DNA from: an uncultured Bacteroidota bacterium
Lineage (GTDB): Bacteria; CLD3; SB21
Assembly: GCA_964415295.1 (NCBI GenBank)
Contig: CAYPYN010000004.1
Coordinates: forward strand, 268,573 to 332,572
DNA length: 64,000 bases
Direction of reading: 5' to 3'
Shown: one piece after another, positions 19,651 through 29,980 of the stretch
How the letters are laid out: the number at the start of each line of letters is the position of its first letter
Numbering within the stretch: position 1 is the stretch's first letter
Translations under genes and position numbers: made by a program
The notes under the pieces: generated by a model
Told to the model about the DNA's origin: nothing
What the model saw: only the letters and a program-made list of their open reading frames with translations
Databases searched by the model: none

Positions 19651-21699
19651 TTGTACATGGAAGCCGTTGTCAAACCGACTTCAGATGTTCAAAAACAAGT
19701 TAACCGCGATGACCTGAAAAGGTGGTATCAACTGGCTCACATGAGCCGATTGATCGACGAGCAAGCGTCCAAATTCATTCGTCAGTCCAAAGGCTGGTCC
19801 TATCTGGCCATGTGCAGCGGCCACGAAGGCATTCAGCTTGCCCTGGGATTGTCTTTCAGACCCAATAAAGACTTTTTGTTCCCATATTATAGAGATCAAC
19901 TGACCTGTCTTTCAGCCGGTATCACGGTGGATGAGATCATGTTAAACGGCCTCAGCCGCCGCGACGACGTCGCTTCCGGCGGACGGCATATGTCGAACCA
20001 TTTTGCAAAACCGTCCATACAGATTGAAAATGTCTCGTCGTGTGTATCCAATCATACGCTTCATGCCGTCGGTGTAGCCCGCGCCATCAAATACTACGGA
20101 TCGGACGGAATAGCGTACGCCAGCTACGGCGATGCATCGTCATCAGAAGGCTACGTATACGAGGCGATGAACGGCGCGAGTCGAGAGAAATTACCGGTGA
20201 TCTTTGTTGTTCAGAATAACCATTATGGCATCTCCGTGCCGACGGATGAACAAACGGCCAACTACGTTGTCTCAGAAAATTTCAAAGGACTCAAGCACCT
20301 GCACATCGTCAATTGCGACGGAAAGGATTTCTTTGACAGCCGCCGCGCCATGGATGAAGCGATCAACTATGTCAGATCCGGCAACGGCCCGGCCCTGGTT
20401 CACGCCGATTGTGTCCGTATCAATTCCCATTCCAATTCGGACCGGCACGAATTGTATCGCTCCAAAGAAGAGCTGGACGAGATGCATCGCCTGGATCCTT
20501 TGGTCAAATTCCGTGCATTCCTGGTCGAAGAAAAAATATTCAGCGAAAAGGAAATTTCCGCACTGGAACAAGACAATCACAAGAAAGTCGACGATGCCGC
20601 CGCGATGGCGGAAGCGGCACCGACGCCGGATCCGGAAACAGCCACGATGTTTGTGACGCCGGAACCGATCGAAGTGACGGAAACTCCCATCCCGGATGAA
20701 GAACCGACGGAAAAAGTTCGTGAAGCGATCAACCGAACGATGCACGAAGAATTTCGACGTAATCCCGACACATTTTTGTGGGGCCAGGACGTGGCTTCGA
20801 AGGACAAGGGCGGCGTCTTTAATGTCACTAAAGATATGCAGCAGGAATTCGGGCGCGGACGCGTATTCAATGCCCCGATCGCCGAGGATTTTATTGTCGG
20901 TACGGCCAACGGCATGTCGCGTTTCAAAGACGATATACGAATTGTCATCGAAGCGGCGCAATTTGCCGATTATGTGTGGCCGGCGATGGAACAGATCGTT
21001 GAGACCAGCCACGAATATTACCGCTCCAACGGCCAGAATTGCCCTAACATCGTGATCCGTTTGTCGCACGGAGGTTATATCGGCGGAGGCCTTTATCATT
21101 CACAAAGCGTCGAAGGCATCATGGCCAATCTACCCGGTGTCCGTGTGGTCATGCCGTCTTTTGCCGATGACGCCTGCGGGCTTTTGAGAACGGCCATTCG
21201 TTCCAGGGGTATCACGTTTTTCCTTGAACCCAAATTCCTCTACAACCAGATCTTCGCGCAAAGCCCGAAGACCGGACCCGAACATCTGGTGCCTTTTGGT
21301 AAGGCGCGGATCCGCAGAGAAGGTAAAGATGCGACCGTGGTCACCTACGGCACGACCGTTCACTGGTCTCTGAGAGCGGCGAATAAGCTTGCCGATAAGG
21401 GCGTCAGCGTCGAGGTTATCGACATTCGCTCCATTGTGCCGCTGGATATGGAGACCATTCTGCAATCTGTGAAAAAGACCAACCGAGTGATGGTAGTACA
21501 TGAAAACCAAACCATGGGAGGTTTTGGCGGTGAGATCGCCGCGCGTATCGCTCAGGATGCTTTCGAGCATCTGGATGCGCCGGTAAAGCGTGTATGCAGT
21601 GCCGATGCGCCAGTCCCCTTCTCACGAATTCTTGAAGCGGCAATCCTCGTGGACGAAGCCAAGATCCTGCATGCGCTCGAGGAATTGGTAGGATATTGA
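19651..21699 (+). CDS. 2-oxo-acid dehydrogenase E1 component, fused alpha-beta subunits
   Basis: A TPP-binding alpha part (…YGDASSSEGYVYEAMN…), a Pro/Thr/Glu linker, then a transketolase-like beta part. Confidence 0.8.
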   Translation: MYMEAVVKPTSDVQKQVNRDDLKRWYQLAHMSRLIDEQASKFIRQSKGWSYLAMCSGHEGIQLALGLSFRPNKDFLFPYYRDQLTCLSAGITVDEIMLNGLSRRDDVASGGRHMSNHFAKPSIQIENVSSCVSNHTLHAVGVARAIKYYGSDGIAYASYGDASSSEGYVYEAMNGASREKLPVIFVVQNNHYGISVPTDEQTANYVVSENFKGLKHLHIVNCDGKDFFDSRRAMDEAINYVRSGNGPALVHADCVRINSHSNSDRHELYRSKEELDEMHRLDPLVKFRAFLVEEKIFSEKEISALEQDNHKKVDDAAAMAEAAPTPDPETATMFVTPEPIEVTETPIPDEEPTEKVREAINRTMHEEFRRNPDTFLWGQDVASKDKGGVFNVTKDMQQEFGRGRVFNAPIAEDFIVGTANGMSRFKDDIRIVIEAAQFADYVWPAMEQIVETSHEYYRSNGQNCPNIVIRLSHGGYIGGGLYHSQSVEGIMANLPGVRVVMPSFADDACGLLRTAIRSRGITFFLEPKFLYNQIFAQSPKTGPEHLVPFGKARIRREGKDATVVTYGTTVHWSLRAANKLADKGVSVEVIDIRSIVPLDMETILQSVKKTNRVMVVHENQTMGGFGGEIAARIAQDAFEHLDAPVKRVCSADAPVPFSRILEAAILVDEAKILHALEELVGY

Positions 21700-21725
21700 T
21701 TTAATTTTAAACTCAGATCAATAAC

Positions 21726-21760
21726 AAAAAAGGCTGCGAGATGATCGCAGCCTTTTTTTG
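21726..21760. terminator. Bidirectional terminator between E1 (plus strand) and tkt (minus strand)
   Basis: A6-GGCTGCGA-GATGA-TCGCAGCC-T7. Confidence 0.6.
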
Positions 21761-21775
21761 TTGGATCATATCAAT

Positions 21776-23887
21776 TCATCGTCTTTTTCGTTTTGTCTGT
21801 TTTTTGGCTCGTTTCCCAGTACTGCTTTTCTTTTTAACACTCACAGCGGCTTTCTTAATAGTCGGTTTCCCTTTCCTGTTTTTCAGCCGGGACTTAGCCA
21901 GTTTCACCACCGCTTCCACCGTAAATCCAAACTCCTGCAGAAGCGCCTTGAGCGGGGCGGACTCTCCGAATTCCCGCATAGCCACTACGCCGCCGTCGGC
22001 ATCAATGCCCGTATAGCGCCGCCAACCGAAACTGGACGCGGCCTCTACGGCAATACGGCATCGGACGCTGCTCGGCAACACTTTTTCCCAGTATGCTTTG
22101 CCCTGCCGTTCGAACAAGCTCCAGCAGGGCAGACTTACGACACGGCATTTGATACCTTCTTTCATCAATTTCTCATATGCTCCAACGCATAACTGAATCT
22201 CAGAACCGGTTCCAATCAGGATCACGTCCGGCGTACCCTTGCAATCGGCCATGATATAGCCGCCGCGATGCAAACCGGACGCAGAGGCAAAAACTTTTCG
22301 GTCATAGGTGGGCAACGCTTGCCGTGTCAGGATGAGCGCGGCCGGACGGTCTTTGAGGTTCATCACATACCGCCACGCTTCGGTCACCTCGTTAGCATCC
22401 GCAGGACGGATCACTTCAAGATTGGGTATGGCGCGCAGGGATGGGATCTGCTCGATCGGCTGATGCGTAGGACCGTCCTCGCCCACGCCGATGCTGTCGT
22501 GCGTAAAGATGAATATCGGATTCTGTTCCATCAGCGCCGCCAGCCGAAATGTCGCCCGCATATAGTCGGAGAATATCAGAAAGCCTGAGCCGTAGGGGCG
22601 CAGATTGCTCAGCGCCATGCCGTTGACGATGGAGCCCATCGCGTGTTCACGCACACCAAAGTGAAAATTCCGCCCTCCGTAATTATCTTTCTGAAAATGT
22701 CCGCCGTCGCTGATCAATGTCTTGGTTGACGGCGCCAGATCCGCCGCGCCTCCGAGCAGCCATGGAACTTTGGCGGCAACGGCATTGAGAACCTTACCGC
22801 TCGCTTCGCGCCCGGCCAGACCTTTAGGATCGGCTGAAAATTCCGGCAAAGGCGAATCCCATCCCGAAGGCAGTTCCCTTTTCTGGATCAACTGAAATTC
22901 TTTGGCCAGATCCGGAAAGGCTTTCGCATATTCAGCGAACATTTGATTCCATGCCGATTCGGCCTGTTTTCCTTTTTCGATCGAATTTTTTGCGTATTGC
23001 TGAACCTCTTCCGGAACGTAAAACTTCTTATCGGGATCCCATCCGTAATTCTTTTTGGTAGCCCGGATCTCTTCTTCTCCAAGCGGTTCGCCGTGTGCTC
23101 CGTGCGTGTCTTGTTTTTTGGGAGCGCCGTACGCAATATGGCTGTCTACGATGATCAGCGTTGGGCGGGATGCTTCGTTGACAGCAGAACCAAGGGCTTG
23201 GGTCATGGCATTCAGATCATTGGCATCGCCGACACGCAGTACATTCCAGTGATAAGCCGCAAACCGCGCCCCGACATCTTCAGTAAATGCGAGGGATGTG
23301 GAGCCTTCTATGGTGATCTTGTTATTATCGTAGATCCATACGAGATTGTTCAATCCCAAATGCCCTGCCAAAGAGGCCGCTTCGCCCGAAACACCTTCCA
23401 TCATACAGCCGTCGCCGGCTAAAGCAAAAACTTTGTAATTGATCAGATCGAAGCCCGGCCTGTTGAAATATTTCGCCAACCATTTCTCCGCGATCGCAAA
23501 ACCGACGCTATTGGCCACGCCCTGACCCAAAGGCCCGGTAGTGGTTTCAAGTCCAGGGGCCAATCCGTATTCGGGGTGACCCGCACATTTACTGTGCAAT
23601 TGGCGAAAATTCTTCATGTCCTCAATGCCGATATCATAGCCATTGATGTGGAGCGAACTGTACAACAACATCGACGCATGCCCGGCGGACAAAATAAACC
23701 GGTCACGATTGGGCCAAAAAGGATTCTTGGGATTGTGACGGATGAACTTATCATACAACGTGAACGCCACAGGCGCCATGCCCATCGGCGTTCCCGGATG
23801 ACCGGAATTAGCCTGCTGGACAGCATCCATGGATAACGTACGGATCGTGTTAATGCATAACATTTCCAGAGAACTCTTAGTATCCAT
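21776..23887 (-). CDS. tkt: Transketolase with a Lys/Arg-rich C-terminal tail
   Basis: TPP motif SGHPGTPMGMAPVA and a full three-domain transketolase, followed by …KSRLKNRKGKPTIKKAAVSVKKKSSTGKRAKKQTKRKRR. Confidence 0.9.
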   Translation of the reverse strand: MDTKSSLEMLCINTIRTLSMDAVQQANSGHPGTPMGMAPVAFTLYDKFIRHNPKNPFWPNRDRFILSAGHASMLLYSSLHINGYDIGIEDMKNFRQLHSKCAGHPEYGLAPGLETTTGPLGQGVANSVGFAIAEKWLAKYFNRPGFDLINYKVFALAGDGCMMEGVSGEAASLAGHLGLNNLVWIYDNNKITIEGSTSLAFTEDVGARFAAYHWNVLRVGDANDLNAMTQALGSAVNEASRPTLIIVDSHIAYGAPKKQDTHGAHGEPLGEEEIRATKKNYGWDPDKKFYVPEEVQQYAKNSIEKGKQAESAWNQMFAEYAKAFPDLAKEFQLIQKRELPSGWDSPLPEFSADPKGLAGREASGKVLNAVAAKVPWLLGGAADLAPSTKTLISDGGHFQKDNYGGRNFHFGVREHAMGSIVNGMALSNLRPYGSGFLIFSDYMRATFRLAALMEQNPIFIFTHDSIGVGEDGPTHQPIEQIPSLRAIPNLEVIRPADANEVTEAWRYVMNLKDRPAALILTRQALPTYDRKVFASASGLHRGGYIMADCKGTPDVILIGTGSEIQLCVGAYEKLMKEGIKCRVVSLPCWSLFERQGKAYWEKVLPSSVRCRIAVEAASSFGWRRYTGIDADGGVVAMREFGESAPLKALLQEFGFTVEAVVKLAKSRLKNRKGKPTIKKAAVSVKKKSSTGKRAKKQTKRKRR

Positions 23888-24078
23888 GAAACACCTCCGT
23901 TTTGGAATTAAGATACATGCTTAGACCAATGTCTACCGGTAAAGATATGATGTGATAGAAAGGAATACGAATGAAAGTATGGCAGAATTGCTAGAACTTC
24001 AATACAAAAAAGTACACACGTTCAACATACGAAAGAGTGACATTTCGCAATACATAAGAACCCCTTTAAAGATAGACC

Positions 24079-24882
24079 TTACTTGATCACCAGATTTTCC
24101 AATCCTGCTTCCGGTTTTGGGGTCTTCATTCCCAGATCCTCCATGGTCTGAACCAGTATTTTGGCTACCGCCAGGTTTCGGAACCATTTGTGATTGGACG
24201 GAATGATGTACCATGGAGCATGCTTGGTACTGCAATGATTAAATACATCTTCAAACGCATCCATGTACTCGTCCCACTGGCTGCGCTCCTTCAGATCGTT
24301 AGAAGAAAATTTCCAATGTTTTTCCTTATTGTCCAACCGTTCCTGCAGTCTTTCCTTTTGCTCGTCTTTGGAAATATGGAGGAAGAATTTGAGTATGGTA
24401 ATGCCATTTTCGACCAACAATTCCTCAAAATCGTTAATCCGGTCAAAACGATCCTTGGCTACTTCGTCGGTGATCAGTTTATGAACCCGCGTCACCAGTA
24501 CGTCTTCGTAATGAGAACGGTTGAAAATCCCAACATACCCCCGCGGCGGAACGGCTTTGTGATAGCGCCAGAGAAAATCATGCAGGCGTTCTTCATCATT
24601 CGGTACTTTGAAACTGGTTACACGGCAGCTCTGGGGATTGATACCCCGCATCACGTGTTTAATAGTGCCGTCCTTTCCTCCGGCATCCATCGCCTGCAAA
24701 ATGATCAAGAGCCCGTGTTTCTTCTCCGCATACATCAACTCCTGCAGGTCGATCATGCGCATGTTGAATTCTTTGAACTGATCCCGGACATCATCCGCTT
24801 CTTTATAATCATCCGTATCGTCAGGATCGTAATCTTTAAGTTTGATTTTTTGGTCGTGAGGAACCTTGAATTTCTTGATCAT
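24079..24882 (-). CDS. ppk2: Polyphosphate kinase 2 family protein
   Basis: Walker A region LQAMDAGGKDGT and a length of 267 aa, typical of single-domain PPK2. Confidence 0.85.
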   Translation of the reverse strand: MIKKFKVPHDQKIKLKDYDPDDTDDYKEADDVRDQFKEFNMRMIDLQELMYAEKKHGLLIILQAMDAGGKDGTIKHVMRGINPQSCRVTSFKVPNDEERLHDFLWRYHKAVPPRGYVGIFNRSHYEDVLVTRVHKLITDEVAKDRFDRINDFEELLVENGITILKFFLHISKDEQKERLQERLDNKEKHWKFSSNDLKERSQWDEYMDAFEDVFNHCSTKHAPWYIIPSNHKWFRNLAVAKILVQTMEDLGMKTPKPEAGLENLVIK

Positions 24883-24951
24883 GATTCGCCTCCCTTTCTC
24901 TGGTTACTTGCGTATAAAATACCGGCCTTTCATCGTGCGACTTTTTGATTA

Positions 24952-26295
24952 TCAGTGACGTTTGAAACCGTACTTTTCAATCTTATGATACAACGTCACG
25001 CGGTCGATCCGCAGCATTTCGGCGCTTCGCGAAATATTCCAGCGGTTCTTTTCGAGTATATGTAAGATATGCCTGCGCTCCACGGCCGACAGACTCAGAT
25101 CCCCATCGTCCAAGGGTTCCGAACGGGCAGTATGAAAAGGCAGGTCCGATACCTGTATGGAATCCGTCTTACCTACTACCAGCGCTCTTTCTATTGCGTT
25201 TTCTAATTCCCGGACATTGCCCGGCCATTCGTACCGCAACAAGAATTCCCGGGCCTCGGTACTCAGAACATGCGGTGTCTTATTCATGGCGGCGGCAAAT
25301 TTGTGCACAAAATATTCGGCCAGCGGGAGTATGTCCTCGCGCCGGTCCCGGAGTGGCGGAATGAAAAGTGTGAAGACATTCAGACGGTAATAAAGGTCTT
25401 CGCGAAACTTACCGCTTTTCACTTTTTCCTCAAGAGACTCATTAGTGGCGCCGATAATCCGGCAATCCGAAGGGATCAGCTCCGAACCACCGACCCGGGC
25501 GAACCGTTTACTTTCGAGTACTCTCAAAAGTTCTACCTGCAGACGTGTCGGTATCGATCCGATCTCATCCAGAAAAATAGTGCCTCCGTCGGCCATTTCA
25601 AAACGGCCTTTCCGGCGATGATGCGCTCCGGCCACCGCTCCTTTTTCGTGCCCGAAAAGCTCTATTTCAAGCAAAGGCTCGGACATCGCGCCGCAATTCA
25701 CCGTCACAATTGGAAAATATTTTCTTTTGCTGTTCATATGGATCGCCCTGGCCACCAGTTCCTTGCCCGTGCCGCGTTCGCCGCGGATCATGACGTTCGT
25801 TTCTGTTTGCGCGACGGAATTGATCAGTTCAAATATTTTCTTCATCGACGTACTCTCGCCGACGAGATTGTCCGGCCGGATAATCTGGTCGATTTTGTCC
25901 TTGAGTTGTTCGTTCTCTGTACGCAAGGCCTTTTGTTCAAAGGCTTTCTGCACCAGATGATTCAATTCCTCGGGATCGATCGGTTTTGTTATGTAGTCAT
26001 ACGCGCCGTCCTTGAGCGCGGTAATGGCTGTCGTGACAGAGGCATAAGCCGTAATAAGTATGACAATCGAACCCGGATCGGCTTGTTTGATCTTTTTCAG
26101 CAACGTGAGGCCATCCATATCTGGCATTCGCATGTCCAGCAAATACAGATCGTAGTGATCTTTGATCACACGCGAAAGCGCTCCCTCGCCGCTGCTTTCG
26201 GACGTTACGTCATAGCCTTCTTCTTCAAACCAATGTTGAAGCGATTCGCGTACGATCGGTTCGTCGTCTACAATCAGAAGTTTTCTTTTTTCCAT
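24952..26295 (-). CDS. Sigma-54-dependent response regulator (NtrC family: receiver, AAA+, Fis-type HTH)
   Basis: Receiver domain (DDEP…D…KP), Walker A GERGTGKE, the sigma-54 interaction loop GHEKGAVAGA, and a C-terminal HTH. The start was placed at MEKRKLL, abutting the upstream kinase stop. Confidence 0.85.
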   Translation of the reverse strand: MEKRKLLIVDDEPIVRESLQHWFEEEGYDVTSESSGEGALSRVIKDHYDLYLLDMRMPDMDGLTLLKKIKQADPGSIVILITAYASVTTAITALKDGAYDYITKPIDPEELNHLVQKAFEQKALRTENEQLKDKIDQIIRPDNLVGESTSMKKIFELINSVAQTETNVMIRGERGTGKELVARAIHMNSKRKYFPIVTVNCGAMSEPLLEIELFGHEKGAVAGAHHRRKGRFEMADGGTIFLDEIGSIPTRLQVELLRVLESKRFARVGGSELIPSDCRIIGATNESLEEKVKSGKFREDLYYRLNVFTLFIPPLRDRREDILPLAEYFVHKFAAAMNKTPHVLSTEAREFLLRYEWPGNVRELENAIERALVVGKTDSIQVSDLPFHTARSEPLDDGDLSLSAVERRHILHILEKNRWNISRSAEMLRIDRVTLYHKIEKYGFKRH

Positions 26296-26296
26296 A

Positions 26297-27934
26297 TTAC
26301 GATCCCGGTTTATCGGCCAGCGGCAATACAATCCTGAATGCGGTTCCCTCCGGAGAGGTCTTTTCAACGTCCACGCTGCCGTGATGGTGAGTGACTATGC
26401 CATAAACCACAGCCAGTCCGAGCCCAGTACCCTTACCTTCGGATTTGGTTGTAAAAAAGGGTTCATAGATGTGCGGAAGATCTTTTTCCCGGATCCCGGA
26501 ACCGTTATCTCCGATGCGTAGCACGATCTTACCGCTGTCCGTCCGGGTTTCAACGGTTATCCTGCCGTTATTGCCGATAGCCTCAATGGCATTCATGAAT
26601 AAGGCCAATACGGCTTGCTGGATCTTCTGCGGATCGCACAGTATATCCGAACGGTCGGCTTCAAAACGCTCGGATGTAACGATGCGATTCATTTCCAGAT
26701 GATGACTCACCAGCGACAGCGCCTTGCGGATAAGCGTATGCAGATCATGCCGCATAAACATTTCTTCGTCTCGATGGGAGAAAACCAGCAGATCTTTGAC
26801 AATGCGTCCGCAGCGCACCGATTCCTCCGAGATCATACCTAAATGCTCCAGTATTTTCGAATACTCGCGATCCTTTTGCATCTGTTGCAATTGCCGGCTT
26901 ATCAACTTACTGAACGTCAAAATGCCTTCGAGAGGATTATTCAATTCGTGCGCAACGGTTGCGGATAACTTGCCAAGGGCGGCTAATTTTTCTATTTGAA
27001 CGATTTGTTCGTATACTTTCTTCAATTCTTCGGTTTTTTCATTCACTTTGGTATTCAGACTCTCCGACCACTCACGGATTTCCCTATGGGCCACATCCAG
27101 CTTGGAGGACATGTCATTGAAGCGTGCGGCCAAGAGCCCCAGTTCATCACTGGAATCGAGAGTGATTCGGTAAGTCAGGTTACCCTGCCCGATCTCCCGC
27201 ATGCCTTTATGAATGCGTCTTATCGGACGATTTACCAGCACGGTAATAAAAAAGCCGCAACACAAAGAAATGATCGCGGTCAAAGCGACCGAGCCGTAGA
27301 CAATGTCTCGGGTGTTGGAGCGGATGAGTTTTTCCGCCCGATCAAACGAGATAACCACATCCAGCACACCTAGGATCTTTTCTTCGGTCTTATGGGCGTG
27401 GCATCCGGACGAGAAGCATTCTTTCTCGTTCTCGATCGGATTGATGAGGCCCAGCACCTTTTGGCCTCCGGACTGAGTGTATAAGCGGGTCAAGGCGCTG
27501 GTGGGTACCTTGGAGAGTGCTGTGGACTCGCTGTGACAAATGATGCAGGCTTCGGCCTTGATATCTACCGTTTTCAGTCGCTCCGACGGATCGGTCGAGA
27601 ACATAATGGTGCCGAGTTTATTGTAAATGCGTATTTGCACCACATCATGCTCCTTCCCGATCGTATGGATAATGTGGTGAACGTCTTCCCTCCGGTTTAG
27701 CAGCATGGAGTAACGCGTGGACTTTTTTATAACGTCGCTGAGCTGATAGGCGTTTTGCGCATACGTGCGGGTCAATTCGGATTCGAGGCGTGCGGTAGTG
27801 AAATACGTATATAGAGCAAGATTAACGAGAAGAATTCCGGAGATCACCAAGATCAGTTTGACGCTTAACTTATGTATCCATCCAAACCGCATCGCGTCTC
27901 CAATTGAAGTGTGGCAATGTACCAAAAACGACAC
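26297..27934 (-). CDS. Sensor histidine kinase with a periplasmic CxxCH + Cx4CH domain, HAMP, HisKA and HATPase
   Basis: Two TM helices bracket a ~165-aa loop containing CIICH and CFSSGCH. An H-box (HELNNPL) and N/G boxes follow. The start may instead be Met 15 (27892). Confidence 0.8.
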   Translation of the reverse strand: MSFLVHCHTSIGDAMRFGWIHKLSVKLILVISGILLVNLALYTYFTTARLESELTRTYAQNAYQLSDVIKKSTRYSMLLNRREDVHHIIHTIGKEHDVVQIRIYNKLGTIMFSTDPSERLKTVDIKAEACIICHSESTALSKVPTSALTRLYTQSGGQKVLGLINPIENEKECFSSGCHAHKTEEKILGVLDVVISFDRAEKLIRSNTRDIVYGSVALTAIISLCCGFFITVLVNRPIRRIHKGMREIGQGNLTYRITLDSSDELGLLAARFNDMSSKLDVAHREIREWSESLNTKVNEKTEELKKVYEQIVQIEKLAALGKLSATVAHELNNPLEGILTFSKLISRQLQQMQKDREYSKILEHLGMISEESVRCGRIVKDLLVFSHRDEEMFMRHDLHTLIRKALSLVSHHLEMNRIVTSERFEADRSDILCDPQKIQQAVLALFMNAIEAIGNNGRITVETRTDSGKIVLRIGDNGSGIREKDLPHIYEPFFTTKSEGKGTGLGLAVVYGIVTHHHGSVDVEKTSPEGTAFRIVLPLADKPGS

Positions 27935-27992
27935 TCAGCCGCAATACGTCTGAGAGAAGCCTGCGACCGGTTCTCAACTGGCCGCACGTCTT

Positions 27993-28724
27993 CTATAAAC
28001 TCTTGATCCGGATCTTCTGCTTAAAAAGAAAATTCAGAATTTCGAAATAATTGTCTTTACCGATACGCTGATACAAAAACCGCCCGCCCGCACCTCTGCT
28101 CATGGATGGTATTTCAGGAACCTGCTCCTTCAGTCTGACGAGCTTTCGGGAAAGGCCGATCAATTGCTGCTGCCACTCCTGCTGTGAGAGCCTTTCCCTT
28201 TCGATCTCGCCTTTCTCCGATTGAATGATGCCGAGGACGCCACGCATCGGCCCTTCGCCGATCCCATCTTCGGATTTATCAAGAAAAAGAAAATGGATCG
28301 GCGACATTACGGTCAAACCTCCCCAGGCGCCGCTCAAGGTCACACAGGCCTGACCTTTCCGGATCCGTTCGCCCTGACGGCATGGCACCACCGAGAAGAC
28401 GTTATCGAGGAACCGAATGGCCAGCGAACTGAGACTGATGCGGTATGTACGATCGGGTAATTCATCCAGAACGAGGTTGCCGGGAAGATAAATGGAACGT
28501 TTATTCGGATACTCGGTCATAAGACTATTGAGGATACGGTCGAGCATATCGGATCCGTCTTCCTGAGCCCCTATATCTTCCTTTACCGTTTGAATATGGC
28601 TGCGGTTCCTCATCACATTGTCGAAGTCACAATGCTCGCAGTCAAAGGATTTGTCGCACAGTTTATAATCCACAACATGCGAGGCCATCCAAACACATGC
28701 GGCATTTTCGATATTGCTTTTCAC
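27993..28724 (-). CDS. Stand-alone protein with an N-terminal Cys cluster and a glycine-cleavage H-protein-like domain (no lipoyl-Lys)
   Basis: C-x5-C-x2-C at the N-terminus. The central region was aligned by hand to the GcvH hybrid-barrel (…DRTYRISLSS… / …TVMSPIHF…). This alignment is weaker than for the two receiver fusions. Confidence 0.45.
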   Translation of the reverse strand: MKSNIENAACVWMASHVVDYKLCDKSFDCEHCDFDNVMRNRSHIQTVKEDIGAQEDGSDMLDRILNSLMTEYPNKRSIYLPGNLVLDELPDRTYRISLSSLAIRFLDNVFSVVPCRQGERIRKGQACVTLSGAWGGLTVMSPIHFLFLDKSEDGIGEGPMRGVLGIIQSEKGEIERERLSQQEWQQQLIGLSRKLVRLKEQVPEIPSMSRGAGGRFLYQRIGKDNYFEILNFLFKQKIRIKSL

Positions 28725-28763
28725 TTCGTTCCTCTTTCGAGGTCCGTTTGATGGTACGAAATA

Positions 28764-29927
28764 TTACCTTACAAAAAACTCAGCCACCACTTTTTGCCAG
28801 TTCACATCCGACAGTTTTTCAAACTGGCCAACATAGATCTGGCTGTCTTCGACGTATTCACCGGCCGGCTTTTCCGATTTCAAAAGGTCTTTCATCAGAT
28901 TCTTTAACTTTTCTAGATCTTCCTGGAAAAAGGCCACGGCCGACTTGCCGATGTGCATACTCTTTATCTCGTGATCGAAATTATCCGTGTCAAAAGAGCA
29001 GATCCAGTTGCCCTCGTAGGGCGTCACATCCAGCGCCGATGTATTGTCCTTGACGTACTGATTGATCTGAGATATCTTGCCGCTGACCGGGGAATTGAAC
29101 GTCACACTCCGATTGCCCTGCCTGACGGTGAATAACGGCTGGCCGGCTTTGACGGTCATTCCAAGGTTCGGCAACTCAACGGATCCGACACGACCTATCA
29201 GTTTTTTGGCAAAGTCGTCGAGTCCGACCTTGGCAATGCCCTCTTGATTGATACTGACCCATGTATGATTCTTGGAAATGAACACACCGCCCGGTATCGA
29301 AAATTCGCCGCGTACAAAATCCCCTGAGGCGGGCATGTGCGTGATGTGGACCTGCGGTTTGAGTTGTTTCTGGATCCGGTCCTGGCGTTTGATCAGGGTT
29401 TTCTTTACGAAATCCAGCAATTCATCTTCGGTAAAAGGCTTCTGCACGTAATCCATCGCACCGTATTTCATCGTCTCAACGGCTGTTTCCACGGAGGCAT
29501 AACCGGTGATAATAATCACATCGATATCCGGACGCATATGTTTGACCGCTTTGGTCACCTCCACACCGTCCATGGCCGGCATCTTGAGATCCGTAAATAC
29601 AAAATCATAATGATGCTTCTGAATAAGCCCGAGTGCTTCCTGACCTGTTTCGACGGTGTCTACCGAATAGCCGTCGAGGACCAGGATTTTGCGGAAGCTC
29701 CCCAAAATGACCTCTTCGTCATCCACACACAGAATTTTGGCCTTCGGATTTTGTACTTCGGCGCGCTTGAGCGTTTTGGCTTCATGGGTAAAGTCCAGAC
29801 GGAGGCTTTCCTGCAACACGGTCTCGCGTTCTTTCTTTAGTTTTTTCTCCGTTAACTGTTTTGCGATCACGCGAATAAGGATGTCCGCGATGATGAAGAT
29901 GATGACTGCAACGATTAATAGTGCCAT
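28764..29927 (-). CDS. Membrane-anchored response-regulator receiver fused to a GcvH-like domain
   Basis: One N-terminal TM helix and a receiver domain (…CVDDEE…FTDLKMPAMDG…KPF). The C-terminal 120 aa align with E. coli GcvH (HTW/HEW, VGLDDFA/VGITEHA, SPVSG/APVSG, PYEGNW/PYAGGW). The lipoyl-Lys position is occupied by Asn. Confidence 0.7.
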   Translation of the reverse strand: MALLIVAVIIFIIADILIRVIAKQLTEKKLKKERETVLQESLRLDFTHEAKTLKRAEVQNPKAKILCVDDEEVILGSFRKILVLDGYSVDTVETGQEALGLIQKHHYDFVFTDLKMPAMDGVEVTKAVKHMRPDIDVIIITGYASVETAVETMKYGAMDYVQKPFTEDELLDFVKKTLIKRQDRIQKQLKPQVHITHMPASGDFVRGEFSIPGGVFISKNHTWVSINQEGIAKVGLDDFAKKLIGRVGSVELPNLGMTVKAGQPLFTVRQGNRSVTFNSPVSGKISQINQYVKDNTSALDVTPYEGNWICSFDTDNFDHEIKSMHIGKSAVAFFQEDLEKLKNLMKDLLKSEKPAGEYVEDSQIYVGQFEKLSDVNWQKVVAEFFVR

Positions 29928-29980
29928 GATGTATCTCCTAGACGTTTCGTCCGGTTATGTTAGATCAATTATTTGAAACG

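Noticed and set aside
20272-21099. 275-aa minus-strand ORF, with several 100-150-aa ORFs around it
   Set aside because: These are antisense or out-of-frame within the fused E1 gene and are Arg/His-rich frame artefacts of GC-rich coding sequence.
25270-26337. 355-aa ORF on the plus strand
   Set aside because: It is antisense to the well-supported sigma-54 response regulator and has no recognisable domain.
27993-28724. Initial guess that this ORF was a biotin/lipoyl carrier or a PilZ-like protein
   Set aside because: There is no AMKM/biotinyl-Lys motif and no RxxxR/DxSxxG PilZ motif. The best fit is a Lys-less GcvH-like barrel matching the two neighbouring receiver fusions, but that rests on my hand alignment only.
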